A stretch of DNA of 64,000 bases from Desulfomonilia bacterium (GTDB lineage: Bacteria; Desulfobacterota; Desulfomonilia; UBA1062). Each line of letters opens with the position of its first letter. Position 1 is the first letter of the stretch. Below, piece after piece: positions 9,763 through 20,074 of this stretch. The notes under the pieces are model-generated. The model searched no databases, was not told where the DNA came from, and worked only from the letters and a program-made list of their open reading frames with translations. The stretch is taken from the NCBI GenBank assembly GCA_963664325.2, contig CAXXDQ010000003.1, positions 672,001 through 736,000 on the forward strand. Reading direction: 5' to 3'. The position numbers were made by a program, and so were the translations under genes.

Positions 9763-12700
9763 ATGAAGCGATCTGTCCTTTTACTATCAATAATCATTGT
9801 TGTTTCTATCCTGAGCGGCTGCATTATCTCGGTTACGCCGAATAACCAAAAAGCAGTTATTGTGAAAGCGAATGGTATTCAAGCTTTTACAATAAAGGTT
9901 TTTTTGAACAATTCAGTTTATGAGTGGACGCTTGATGGCAAATTGCAAGAGTATGTAAAAGGAGACACCTTCAAGTATATATTCACTAATACAGGCATAA
10001 CAGTCCACACACTTTCTGTTAAAGTTGGTGTAGACAAGTATCAGTGGGTTATCATTGACGCTGAAGTCTTTCAGGAAATCGATTCACAAGGTGGTGTTTT
10101 AGAAGTAACTGATATTGAAAGTAATCTCTATGGATCAAAACTAGAAGTTCCGGCAGGTGTTCTTACAGAAAATGATCTTGTAAGAATGAATATATGCGAT
10201 GCTCCACCAACATTACCAGAAGGTCTACGTGAAGCAAGTAAGTTTATCCAGCTGGAAATTGGCTCTTCAAACAACACATTAACTCATAATAATATTTCAG
10301 TTCTTGGGTCTAGCAACGAAATGACTCTAACACTAGGGTATAATGATATTGATAATGATGGGCTAATTGATCACACTGGTGTTGACGAAACACAATTGAG
10401 GATCGGTCTTTATGATAATAAATTGCAGTCTTGGACATATGCACCTATTATTCAACAAAATACTACCACTAATACAGTTCAGATTAAATTGTCTCTAGAA
10501 CAGGCTCGCAATAGTATAATAGGCGGCTTTTATATTCCTCTAGCAAGTGATTCTCAATTGTATATTTATGTAATCGAAGGTCTTAGCTTTGATATACTTT
10601 TCAATCTGAATTTAGAGGGCTTCTGGAAAACTGAAAGTGATTTTCCAATAAGAGGGGAGTACCTAAAATCGTCAATTTTAGAGATGGGGATCGAATTATC
10701 TGGTAATGAGCTAAAAGAAGTTGATGTTGAAAGATTTTGTTGGTCTGGAGACTTCACTAATACCCCTGAAGTTATTTCAAAGCTTAAAACTGAATTACGT
10801 TTGGCATACGGAGAAGCAATCATTCGTGGTAAAAAGTTTGTTGTCGTAACACATAGTTGGGGAACTGTTTTGGGGTTACTTGCCCTTGAATATAATCAAG
10901 ATGTTAAACCTGATATGATTATCACTCTTTCTTCTCCTATTGGTTCGCATCATGTAACAGAATACAACTCCCAGATGTTTTGGAGTGAAATTCCAGTAAG
11001 CTTAGTGCAAGACTCAATTGAACTTGGTGTTCAGCATCAGGTTCAAGACACTTATACTTTTTTAGGAACACCCAGTAAACAGGGCATTTCTGGATTCGGG
11101 CGTTGGACTAATTATTGGCATGATTGTGATATTTTTTCCGGGCCACTGGATTCTGATATTATTAGGTGGTGGAATGGATATTTGACAACCACAAATGGAA
11201 TTTTTGAAGACAAAGAAATTTCATTATCAATTGATCCACTACCAAAAGATCAAACAAGAACGGGGGAAAAAACAAAAAAATATCATGCGCTTACCTCACT
11301 TAACCAAGGTTACTGGATGAAATATTGTCCAGATATGTTAGCAGCAGCTGGAGCATTCCGAGAAGAAGTTAAGACAAAGATTATTGATGTTGTATCAGAT
11401 ACAGATGGTGATGGATATAATAACTATATAGATAACTGCCCTAACACTTACAATCCCGATCAAACTGATTCAGATGCAGATGGTATTGGCGATGCATGTG
11501 AGGGAGTCGTCATCCCATCCATCCCGAGCGGATTCGGTCTCAACCAAATAGCAGGGGGCTTCAGGCTTTTCTGGGACAGTGAAAGCAGTGCTACTGAATA
11601 TCAGATATACTGGGGGACCAGTGATACTGTGGATGAAAATTATTTTTCGGGAGTCTTGAAGACACCTGATACGATATTTGATCACACGGGAAGGGTAAAT
11701 GGATACACCTACTATTATCGTATTAGAGCATGCAATGGTTCAGGGTGCAGCAGTTTATCATATCCATCAATATCCAGAAAATATGAGGTTACACCCTCTA
11801 TACCGACCGGATTTGGTCTCACCCAGATAACCGGTGGCTTCAGGCTTACCTGGAACAGTGTAAGTGGTGCCACTAGTTACAAGATATACTGGGGGAATGA
11901 TGATTCAGTTAACGAGACGAACCATGCAGGTATAATGGAGACTGCTGACACTAAATATGATCACACGAACCTAGTCAACGGCTACACATATTATTACTGT
12001 ATTAAGGCCTGCAATGGAGCGGGATGTAGCAATCTGTCAAGTCCTTTGATATCTAGTAAATATGAGGTTACGCCATCCATTCCATCCATCCCGACCGGAT
12101 TTAATCTCACTCAGATAAGCGGTGGATTCAGGCTTTCATGGAATAGCTCAAGTGGTGCTACTAGTTACAAGATATACTGGGGGAACGATAGTTCAGTTAA
12201 CGAGACGAACTATGCGGGCATAATGGAGACTACTGACACGAAATACGATCATACGAACTTGGTAAACGGATACACCTATTATTACTGTATTAAGGCCTGC
12301 AATGGTGCGGGGTGCAGCAACCTGTCAAGCCCTTTGATTTACAGCTTATATGAAGTTACACCCTCTATACCGACCGGATTTGGTCTCACCCAGATAACCG
12401 GTGGCTTCAGGCTTACCTGGAACAGTGTAAGCGGTGCCACTCAGTATCAGATATACTGGGGAAACGACAGTTCGGTAAGCGAGACAAATTATGCAGGGAT
12501 TCTTAACACAACTTCCACTTTATATGACCATACCGGGCTGAGCAACGGTTATACCTATTATTATCGTATCAGGGCCTGCAATGGAGCGGGATGCAGCAAC
12601 CTATCGAGTAACATAAACAGAACGTATCAAACTCCTCCGTCCATACCGACCGGATTTGGTCTCACCCAGATAACCGGTGGCTTCAGGCTTTCATGGAACA

Positions 12701-13191
12701 GTGTAAGCGGTGCCACTCAGTATCAGATATACTGGGGAAACGACAGTTCGGTAAGCGAGACAAATTATGCAGGGATTCTTAACACAACTTCCACTTTATA
12801 TGACCATACCGGGCTGAGCAACGGTTATACCTATTATTATCGTATCAAGGCCTGCAACGGAGCGGGATGTAGCAATCTGTCAAGCCCAGCGGTCTATAGA
12901 AAATATGAGGTGATACCGTCTGCACCAACTGGAGTCACTGCGGTATACCAATCAGCCCATAGCTGGAACTATATCAGCTGGAATGCATGCGCAGGAGCCA
13001 CTTCATACAAGGTCTACTGGGGAACATCGCCTGGCATTACAAAGTCAAGCAGTAGCCTGACACCCACGACCACAACCGATTATGGACACTCTGGGGTGCA
13101 AAGTGGATATACATATTATTATAGAATAACGGCTTCTAACAGTGCCGGAGAGTCGGGTCTATCTAGTGAAGTAAGTGTACATGTGCCATGA
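9763..13191 (+). CDS. large lipoprotein: Ig-like, alpha/beta-hydrolase-like, thrombospondin type 3 repeat and six fibronectin type III domains
   Basis: Lipobox LSGC; VVVTHSWG nucleophile elbow; DTDGDG..DNCP..NPDQTDSDADGIGDAC; six W..(V)SGATSY.IYW..YYY.I.ACN repeats; RBS GGAGGGGG before ATG 9763. Confidence 0.85.
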   Translation: MKRSVLLLSIIIVVSILSGCIISVTPNNQKAVIVKANGIQAFTIKVFLNNSVYEWTLDGKLQEYVKGDTFKYIFTNTGITVHTLSVKVGVDKYQWVIIDAEVFQEIDSQGGVLEVTDIESNLYGSKLEVPAGVLTENDLVRMNICDAPPTLPEGLREASKFIQLEIGSSNNTLTHNNISVLGSSNEMTLTLGYNDIDNDGLIDHTGVDETQLRIGLYDNKLQSWTYAPIIQQNTTTNTVQIKLSLEQARNSIIGGFYIPLASDSQLYIYVIEGLSFDILFNLNLEGFWKTESDFPIRGEYLKSSILEMGIELSGNELKEVDVERFCWSGDFTNTPEVISKLKTELRLAYGEAIIRGKKFVVVTHSWGTVLGLLALEYNQDVKPDMIITLSSPIGSHHVTEYNSQMFWSEIPVSLVQDSIELGVQHQVQDTYTFLGTPSKQGISGFGRWTNYWHDCDIFSGPLDSDIIRWWNGYLTTTNGIFEDKEISLSIDPLPKDQTRTGEKTKKYHALTSLNQGYWMKYCPDMLAAAGAFREEVKTKIIDVVSDTDGDGYNNYIDNCPNTYNPDQTDSDADGIGDACEGVVIPSIPSGFGLNQIAGGFRLFWDSESSATEYQIYWGTSDTVDENYFSGVLKTPDTIFDHTGRVNGYTYYYRIRACNGSGCSSLSYPSISRKYEVTPSIPTGFGLTQITGGFRLTWNSVSGATSYKIYWGNDDSVNETNHAGIMETADTKYDHTNLVNGYTYYYCIKACNGAGCSNLSSPLISSKYEVTPSIPSIPTGFNLTQISGGFRLSWNSSSGATSYKIYWGNDSSVNETNYAGIMETTDTKYDHTNLVNGYTYYYCIKACNGAGCSNLSSPLIYSLYEVTPSIPTGFGLTQITGGFRLTWNSVSGATQYQIYWGNDSSVSETNYAGILNTTSTLYDHTGLSNGYTYYYRIRACNGAGCSNLSSNINRTYQTPPSIPTGFGLTQITGGFRLSWNSVSGATQYQIYWGNDSSVSETNYAGILNTTSTLYDHTGLSNGYTYYYRIKACNGAGCSNLSSPAVYRKYEVIPSAPTGVTAVYQSAHSWNYISWNACAGATSYKVYWGTSPGITKSSSSLTPTTTTDYGHSGVQSGYTYYYRITASNSAGESGLSSEVSVHVP
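11512..13188 (+). repeat. six tandem ~280-bp FN3-encoding repeats
   Basis: Units start near 11512, 11791, 12070, 12358, 12634, 12913; units 4 and 5 are nearly identical in DNA. Confidence 0.85.
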
Positions 13192-13253
13192 TAATATTCA
13201 ATAAATGGGCAAGCGTGAGTATGAAATTTCAAGATAACATGAGGAGGTTTCTT

Positions 13254-14249
13254 ATGAAAAAGGGATTACTATTTATTATTAGTTTATTTCTGCTAATTTT
13301 GAGCGGGTGCATTCTATCTAAAACACCCAACACGAATAATGTTACTATGAAAGTTGGAGAGCAGAAGACATTCAGTGTGAATGTGTTTCCACCCGGAAGT
13401 TCATATGAATGGACCTTGGATGGGTCGCCAGTTTTGGCCCCAGGTAACTCGTATACTTATACAGCTCTAGCAAGAGGGCACAGCTTGGTAGTGAGGGTCA
13501 CACATCTTTTGGGCATGAATAAGCAGGCATGGTATATCTCACAGGAAGACCCAATCACCGAATTATTGAACTCCCTTTTGTACATCCCAGCTGGCACGTT
13601 CATGATGGGGAGCACAGACTACTGGTCGACAATACCGATTCATCAAGTTACGCTCTCGGAATTTTATATGAGTGCCTATGAGGTGACTCAAGTACAATAT
13701 CAGGCAGTCATGGGTACGAACCCTTCATATTTCCAAGCGAAATATGGTTACCCAGGGAGATATAACTACCCAGTGGATTGGCTTACTTGGTATGATGCTA
13801 GTGCTTTCTGCACACAACTCTCTGCGATGACGGGGCGCACATTTACACTTCCGAGTGAAGCTCAGTGGGAATACGCCTGCAGATCTGGAACTACAACTCC
13901 ATTCAGCTTTGGTAGCGATGATGAACAACTCGATAACTATGCTTGGTACGGAGAAAACTTAGATACTGGAACCACTCATCCCGTAGGCGAAAAGCTGCCG
14001 AACGCTTGGGGGTTATATGATATGATGGGTAATGTCTGGGAGTGGTGTCTGGATTCTTGGCATGAAAATTATGTGGGTGCACCCACAGATGGTAGTGCTT
14101 GGGAACCTGATATAGGTACCTACCGCTTAACTCGTGGCGGTAGTTTTTTAAGTGAAGATTCATGGAACATGTGGTCTTCAAGTCGTAATTATTGTAACCC
14201 ATCTTGTAAAAATAATAACTTTGGTTTTCGTATCATCGAAATTCCATAG
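13254..14249 (+). CDS. lipoprotein, Ig-like + FGE-sulfatase (SUMF1/CLec-fold) domain
   Basis: Lipobox LSGC; IPAGTFMMGS, LPSEAQWEYACR, PNAWGLYDMMGNVWEW, RGGS...GFR. Confidence 0.9.
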   Translation: MKKGLLFIISLFLLILSGCILSKTPNTNNVTMKVGEQKTFSVNVFPPGSSYEWTLDGSPVLAPGNSYTYTALARGHSLVVRVTHLLGMNKQAWYISQEDPITELLNSLLYIPAGTFMMGSTDYWSTIPIHQVTLSEFYMSAYEVTQVQYQAVMGTNPSYFQAKYGYPGRYNYPVDWLTWYDASAFCTQLSAMTGRTFTLPSEAQWEYACRSGTTTPFSFGSDDEQLDNYAWYGENLDTGTTHPVGEKLPNAWGLYDMMGNVWEWCLDSWHENYVGAPTDGSAWEPDIGTYRLTRGGSFLSEDSWNMWSSSRNYCNPSCKNNNFGFRIIEIP

Positions 14250-14421
14250 GGTTAAGGAAAGGTTTTGATGGATGGCACAAGGCGTAAATTCCATGTAATC
14301 TATTTACTCATATAAGGCATTATGTTCAAAAAATTATAAAACTGACTTATTGCTTCACCTGATACAGCATACCAGAACATTCATCTATGAAAACAGGAAT
14401 TAAAAAGTTGAGGAGGGTACA

Positions 14422-16137
14422 ATGAAAATCAGAAAGCATCTTATCATCATATTGGTGATCGGGCTATTCATGACTGCTTGCGGACCCAAGGTTGTCTCGA
14501 CTGATCCTTGCAAAACATGTGAGAGCCCCTGGTACACTACAGTGAATGCGACCTTCAATCAGAACATCAACCCCGCCACTGTCAACTCCACCACATTTAA
14601 GGTTGAAAAAGATGGCAGTCCTGTTCCCGGGACAATAATGGTCAGCGGCAAGACTGTGACCTTTATGCCAACCAGTTATTTCGATGTCCCTCATCCATAT
14701 ACCGTCACACTGACAAAGGGGATCAAGAACACATCGGGCTTTGCTATGCAGAAAGATTATTCATGGCCTTTCACGACTGAGCATGGATGGAAAAACCCTA
14801 AGAACATCGATGACAACATAAGTCCCAATGGAACTGGAGCTTACCTTTTGGGACATATTGAAGGATCCGAGAGCATTGTTACGAATGAAAAAAATGATGC
14901 CATTATTACATGGAGACAAGAAGGTGGAGGATCATACGATCAGATTTTCAAGAGCGAATATCACAATGGTATTTGGACCCATCCTTCTGGCCTCTCAGAC
15001 ACGGTCAGCCCTGATGGCACCAAAGCTAGTGAGCCTCGTGTTGGCTTGGACAATGAAGGCAATGCAATAATTGTTTGGCGCCAATATGTTGGACAACCAG
15101 ATGCAAGTTCTTATCATATGTTTAAAAGGGAGCGTCATGACGGTGTTTGGGAACCTAAACCGTCATTAACAGATTATTTTGATCCAGGCATTTCTAGCGG
15201 AAATAGTTCTTTTGTCATGAGTAGCGGAGGTGATGCAGTTTTCTCCTATGGTGAAAATCTAAATGCTCCTTCTGGTCGTAGCAGATTGTTTGCGAGTGAG
15301 TATCGGGATGGAGTATGGAATCATCTTGGACCTGATGACTATATTAACCCAGATGGCCCGGATTGGACCGAAAATGGAAATATAGCAATTAATGCAAATG
15401 GTGATACGATAATAACTTGGTATCAACCGGATGCAAGTGGCATATACCAGACCTTCAAGAGTGAATACAGGAATGGTGTCTGGATACGTCCTTTGAACCT
15501 ATCTGACAACATTAGCCCTGATGGTTGGGATGTAAGTTTCCCAATGGTCGCAATAGCAGACAATGATGATGCAATCATCGTGTGGCAGCAATATGATGGG
15601 ATCAGCAATGTCAGGATATTTAAGTATGAATATCGTAGTGGGTCTTGGTCGGGTCCTACATCTATCAGTCCTGTTGGAACATCGGCCGATTTCCCCCATG
15701 TGGCAATGGATGCCAATGGCAATGCAATCATAACATGGACACAGATTGATGAGAGTGGCTATTCCCAGTGCTTCAAAAGCGAATATCGAAATGGTGTCTG
15801 GACACATCCGTCAAGTATTTCCGATCACATCAGCCTCGATGGAACAGAAGTATTTGGTACGAATGTGGCCATGGATTCAAGCGGATCAGCCATCATAACA
15901 TGGTATCAGAAATGTTATAAAGGATATATTCAGGTATTTAAGTGTGAGAAACGAAATGGGTCATGGATATGCCCAACAGGACTCTCAGATCATCTCAGTC
16001 CTGATGGATCAGACACAGTAGCACACTCATATTTTTCTCCAGTTGTTGCAATGGATGGCAAAGGTAATGCGATAATAGCATGGAGTCAGTACGACAGTGA
16101 CCATTTCTATCAGGTTTTCAAGAGCGAGTACCGGTAA
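14422..16137 (+). CDS. lipoprotein, Big_5 + repeated beta-propeller-like module
   Basis: Lipobox MTAC; Big_5-like start; repeated VAMD..G.AIITW.Q...QVFKSEYR units. Confidence 0.85.
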   Translation: MKIRKHLIIILVIGLFMTACGPKVVSTDPCKTCESPWYTTVNATFNQNINPATVNSTTFKVEKDGSPVPGTIMVSGKTVTFMPTSYFDVPHPYTVTLTKGIKNTSGFAMQKDYSWPFTTEHGWKNPKNIDDNISPNGTGAYLLGHIEGSESIVTNEKNDAIITWRQEGGGSYDQIFKSEYHNGIWTHPSGLSDTVSPDGTKASEPRVGLDNEGNAIIVWRQYVGQPDASSYHMFKRERHDGVWEPKPSLTDYFDPGISSGNSSFVMSSGGDAVFSYGENLNAPSGRSRLFASEYRDGVWNHLGPDDYINPDGPDWTENGNIAINANGDTIITWYQPDASGIYQTFKSEYRNGVWIRPLNLSDNISPDGWDVSFPMVAIADNDDAIIVWQQYDGISNVRIFKYEYRSGSWSGPTSISPVGTSADFPHVAMDANGNAIITWTQIDESGYSQCFKSEYRNGVWTHPSSISDHISLDGTEVFGTNVAMDSSGSAIITWYQKCYKGYIQVFKCEKRNGSWICPTGLSDHLSPDGSDTVAHSYFSPVVAMDGKGNAIIAWSQYDSDHFYQVFKSEYR

Positions 16138-16230
16138 AGCAGGTGGAACGAGATTGGTGAGATAACTGAATCAAGTCCTGATGATTATAGGAACAAAAAA
16201 ATAAAATTTTAAAATCAATTGGAGGGTACA

Positions 16231-17289
16231 ATGAAAAGATCATTATTATTACTTACCTTACTTTTTGTCTCACTTATATTGGGCGGCTGCATCATGTCTT
16301 CAACACCATCTTCGCCTGTGTCAGTTTCTGCAGGTGATTCGATAACATTCAAGGTCACAGTGTTTCCTGTGAATATAACTGTGCAGTGGTACGTCGATAC
16401 AAATCTGGTTTCGGGTACTACAGAAAAGTCTTTCATCTATTCTCCCGAAGAAGGTGATGTTGGCACTCACACCATAACCATAAAGGAGACCTCGGGATGC
16501 ATTTTCCTTGGTCAGCATTCTTGGGAAGTTGAGGTCATTTCTAGCATAAAGGATATCACGCAGTTCACTATTCTCGGCATAAATGGCACGATAGGGACTA
16601 ATACGATAGCCCTAACAGTACCCTATGGGACAAGCCTTACATCTTTAACACCTACGATAACTCATACAGGAGCGAGCATAAACCCAGCATCCGGAGTAGC
16701 GCAGAACTTTACAAATCCTGTACAATACACAGTTACAGCTGAAGATGGATCAATGAAGAATTATATGGTTACCGTAAGTGTTGCCCCAAATAAATCTTAT
16801 ACATTTACTGCTACTTGGACCAATAGGCCTTATAGTACAGCTACAGAAGAAGGTACTAGAGGAAATGAAGGAGATGGTGATGATTCTACTTATTGGGGAA
16901 GTTATGTATATACTAATATTGATGGGGATTTTCATAATGAGAACACTGCCCATTTAACTTATACTTATAGTACTCCTCAAATAGTTACATCTGTTCGTTT
17001 TAAGATGATTCAATATGCGTATAGTACTGGCAATAATTATGAATGGAATACATTATCGTCTTCTTTATGTTTATATGATTGGTCTGATAATTTAGTAGCT
17101 ACATTATATAGTTTTAGTAAAACAACACCCCGTGCAAATTATACAAATGATACGGGAGATTTAACTTATAATACTGGTTGGGCTAATATTAAAAGAGTAG
17201 AATTAAATATGTTTGGTGTAGCTCATGGGGATGATGGTGGAGGATCTCGTCATAGGCTTTATGAGTTAACTGTTAATACTGCTGATTGA
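16231..17289 (+). CDS. lipoprotein, Ig-like domains + unrelated AT-rich C-terminal domain
   Basis: Lipobox LGGC; KDITQF..IALTVPYGT.LTSLTPT..NFTNPVQYTVTAEDGS.K.Y.VTV Ig-like (DUF5018-like) repeat. Confidence 0.8.
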   Translation: MKRSLLLLTLLFVSLILGGCIMSSTPSSPVSVSAGDSITFKVTVFPVNITVQWYVDTNLVSGTTEKSFIYSPEEGDVGTHTITIKETSGCIFLGQHSWEVEVISSIKDITQFTILGINGTIGTNTIALTVPYGTSLTSLTPTITHTGASINPASGVAQNFTNPVQYTVTAEDGSMKNYMVTVSVAPNKSYTFTATWTNRPYSTATEEGTRGNEGDGDDSTYWGSYVYTNIDGDFHNENTAHLTYTYSTPQIVTSVRFKMIQYAYSTGNNYEWNTLSSSLCLYDWSDNLVATLYSFSKTTPRANYTNDTGDLTYNTGWANIKRVELNMFGVAHGDDGGGSRHRLYELTVNTAD

Positions 17290-17301
17290 TAGGAGGATCC
17301 A

Positions 17302-18315
17302 ATGAAGAGATCATTATCAATTCTTATTGTGCTTATTTTCATGTCTTTACTGAGCGGGTGCATATTATCCAAAACACCTAAAACAGATACCATTGATATA
17401 CAATTGGGCAAGCAGGTAACTTTCAGTGTGAATGTTTTTCCATCCAATGCTACCTATACCTGGACATTGGATGGTACGCCCCTAATGTATGTATTTGGGA
17501 AATCGTATGTGTACACTTCTACTGGGGGTAATCACAAACTTGTGGTTAAGGCGAAACAATCTTTGGGTACAGATACCCAGACATGGAATATCACCTGTGA
17601 TCCAATTGTCGGTTTATTGAACAGCCTGGTCAGTATCTCAGGTGGCACATTCATGATGGGGAGCACAGATAATGAATATTCATGGGCGAAATACACCACA
17701 CCGGTTCACGAGGTGACAGTTCCGAGTTTTGAGATCGGCGCCTATGAGATTACTCAGGCGCAATATACAGCGATCATGGGTATTAATCCTTCTTATTACC
17801 AAGAGGGACATGGCTACTCTGGCACCGAGAACTACCCGGTGGAAAATCTTACCTGGTATGAAGCAAGAGAGTTTTGCACAGCTCTCTCGGTACAGACAGG
17901 ACGGACCTTCGACTTGCCAAGTGAAGCGCAGTGGGAATATGCCTGTCGAGCAGGAACTACTACACTCTACAGCTTCGGTGATGCTGATGAACTTCTAGCC
18001 ACCTATGGCTGGTACTATGCAAACAGCAATGATGCAACCCATCCCGTAGGCACGAAACTGCCGAACCCCTGGGGCTTGTATGATATGCATGGCAACGTGT
18101 GGGAGTGGGCTCTGGATTCATGGCACTTTAACTATGATGGAGCACCAACAGATGGCAGCGCATGGGATCCTGATACTGGCCCTTACCGCATGATTCGCGG
18201 TGGCAGCTTTTTCTCCGACCATGCGGGGAGCTGCCGGTCGGCGGCTCGTGGTGTCCTCTACCCCCCCAGCTACGCGAACCGGGGTCTAGGCTTCCGCATC
18301 GTCGAAATTCCATAG
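17302..18315 (+). CDS. lipoprotein, Ig-like + FGE-sulfatase (SUMF1/CLec-fold) domain
   Basis: Paralogue of 13254-14249; GLYDMHGNVWEW, RGGS..CRSAAR..GFR. Confidence 0.9.
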   Translation: MKRSLSILIVLIFMSLLSGCILSKTPKTDTIDIQLGKQVTFSVNVFPSNATYTWTLDGTPLMYVFGKSYVYTSTGGNHKLVVKAKQSLGTDTQTWNITCDPIVGLLNSLVSISGGTFMMGSTDNEYSWAKYTTPVHEVTVPSFEIGAYEITQAQYTAIMGINPSYYQEGHGYSGTENYPVENLTWYEAREFCTALSVQTGRTFDLPSEAQWEYACRAGTTTLYSFGDADELLATYGWYYANSNDATHPVGTKLPNPWGLYDMHGNVWEWALDSWHFNYDGAPTDGSAWDPDTGPYRMIRGGSFFSDHAGSCRSAARGVLYPPSYANRGLGFRIVEIP

Positions 18316-18337
18316 GGCGGCTAGGGCATAGTTTAAG

Positions 18338-18373
18338 AGATGGTACAGACTGTATGTCCTGTGCCATCTTTTT
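18338..18373 (+). terminator. intrinsic terminator-like hairpin after the lipoprotein cluster
   Basis: AGATGGTACAG..CTGTGCCATCT followed by a T run. Confidence 0.6.
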
Positions 18374-18409
18374 GCTCTTAGTAATACAAGTTTAGATAGT
18401 TTCATGTAG

Positions 18410-18514
18410 AGATATCTGCGATAGATAATAGCTTTTTTGAGTTCGTAAAAGCTATGATATCCGAATGAGTTCTAATAAATCCCAAAGCTTCATCTTGGAA
18501 TGAATTTCCTCAAG
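18410..18514. repeat. dispersed degenerate repeat, copy 1
   Basis: Ungapped match to 26199-26303 (77/105 identical by manual count); begins AGATATCTGCGATA. Confidence 0.7.
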
Positions 18515-18756
18515 CAGCCAACAGCCTCTGTGCAGATGTAATTCATGTAATAAACTTAAAAATTTGCCCATTGTATTATACTGATTACATTGAATTAAAT
18601 TTAAGTTTATTAGGAGATATATGCACTTTCCTAATGAACAATTATTTGATGATGACGGCCATTATATACAGTCCGTAAATGATCATCATTACTGTGTATC
18701 TCTTTTGGAGATCATAAGATTTTCGGCCTTTAAAAATTGAATGTTTTCTCAGGAGA

Positions 18757-18813
18757 TGATAACGTAAGGATCACCAGCGGCTGAAAGCCGACTGGTGCAT
18801 CCTTTTATTCGAC
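18757..18813 (-). other. integron attC site (57 bp)
   Basis: Minus strand GTCGAAT-aaaaggatgcaccagtcggctttcagccgctggtgatccttac-GTTATCA; imperfect palindrome with an unpaired base. Confidence 0.75.
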
Positions 18814-18894
18814 ATTGTTCTCACCATTGAACTTGTTGAGTGGCTCAGATACACCATTAAGCACTTCTTGGTAAGCTAACTTCTTCCATGTTCA

Positions 18895-20061
18895 TCATCT
18901 TCTTAGGAGTCGTTTGAACTGTTTCTGGCTCAAAGGTAAAAAAGGAACAACCGATACATTAGGTCCGCACGAAACTGCAATGGACTTCGAGATCCCCGCT
19001 CCGATTCTCGCTTTCTCGGCAGCAATCACTTTGATAGCACGTGCCCCTTCTATAACATCACCACCAGCTAATATTATGGATTCGATAATCTGTGCTCCTC
19101 GTCTAATATATACACCGTCACCGATGATGGCACATTTCACTTTAACGTCCTCTTCGATCGTTACCCCATCTCCAATCAAACATGGAGGTACGAGCCTAGC
19201 GCTGTTCGCTATCTTGGCATTCCGGCCAATATGCACCTTGTTTATTTCTGGCCCTAACAATGTTGAAAAATTGCCCTTGAGAGCATTCAATTGGGCGGCG
19301 TGATAAATGCCTAAGGTGCCAATGTCTATACGGTAACCCAAGCCAATGTCAAACGCCATGCAAGTTCTGCTCGAAACGAGTCTAGGAAACAAGTTACTGG
19401 CAAAATCGATGAATCCTTCCCTAGGGATTTCAAATAGGGCCTCCCGGCTCATAATGTATACAGCTGCGTTCGCTAAGGGATTCATGTAATCGGGAATCTT
19501 TTCCAAGAGCGCCTTCTCAGTAAACATTGTTATACGTCCTTGCTGGTTCACTTCCATTACGCCGTAATTCGTGCGGGTACCACGTGGGGGATACACAGGA
19601 TCTCTATCGTGATAATCGTACAGGAATGCTGAAAAATCGGGCTGGTGGGATAGAATCGTCAAGTCAGCTGCCATAGCTTTGTGGTTTTCCATCATAGCTG
19701 AAAAGTTCGCTGATAGAAGACTGTCGCCATAGACAATCATTACAGGATCAGAAAGGGAGTCTCTGATACGAGTGGCGACATCATATGAGCACCCAGCCGT
19801 GCCGCGCCATGGAAAGTCTTCTATATACCTTATACGCAAACCCCACGCACTCCCATCTTTATATCGTGATTTCACTTCATCATGCCGTCCTGACGAAGTG
19901 AAAACAACATCCTCAATGCCTTGGGAGCTTAGTTCCTTAAGCAAGTAGTCGAATAGTGGTCGCCCGAGGAATGGAACCATACATTTGACTATGTTCTCTG
20001 AAAGTGGCAGCATTCGGCTCGCTGTCCCTCCATTTAATAAGATTACTGTGATATCCTTCAT
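18895..20061 (-). CDS. sugar-phosphate nucleotidyltransferase (mannose-1-P guanylyltransferase-like, with hexapeptide LbH domain)
   Basis: VILLNGGTASRMLPLS..KCMVPFLGRP, GTAG, VYGD, FTEK, NAAVY, DIGT; C-terminal IGDGV repeats; start placed at ATG 20061. Confidence 0.85.
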   Translation of the reverse strand: MKDITVILLNGGTASRMLPLSENIVKCMVPFLGRPLFDYLLKELSSQGIEDVVFTSSGRHDEVKSRYKDGSAWGLRIRYIEDFPWRGTAGCSYDVATRIRDSLSDPVMIVYGDSLLSANFSAMMENHKAMAADLTILSHQPDFSAFLYDYHDRDPVYPPRGTRTNYGVMEVNQQGRITMFTEKALLEKIPDYMNPLANAAVYIMSREALFEIPREGFIDFASNLFPRLVSSRTCMAFDIGLGYRIDIGTLGIYHAAQLNALKGNFSTLLGPEINKVHIGRNAKIANSARLVPPCLIGDGVTIEEDVKVKCAIIGDGVYIRRGAQIIESIILAGGDVIEGARAIKVIAAEKARIGAGISKSIAVSCGPNVSVVPFLPLSQKQFKRLLRR

Positions 20062-20074
20062 TATAGATATTTCT

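Noticed and set aside
11512-13188. CRISPR array or IS copies
   Set aside because: Repeats are in-frame ~280-bp protein domains with no spacers; no CRISPR array or cas gene seen in the window
13254-18315. Complete DGR locus
   Set aside because: No reverse transcriptase, avd or adenine-rich template repeat in the window; the two FGE ends differ at non-adenine positions, so neither is the other's template
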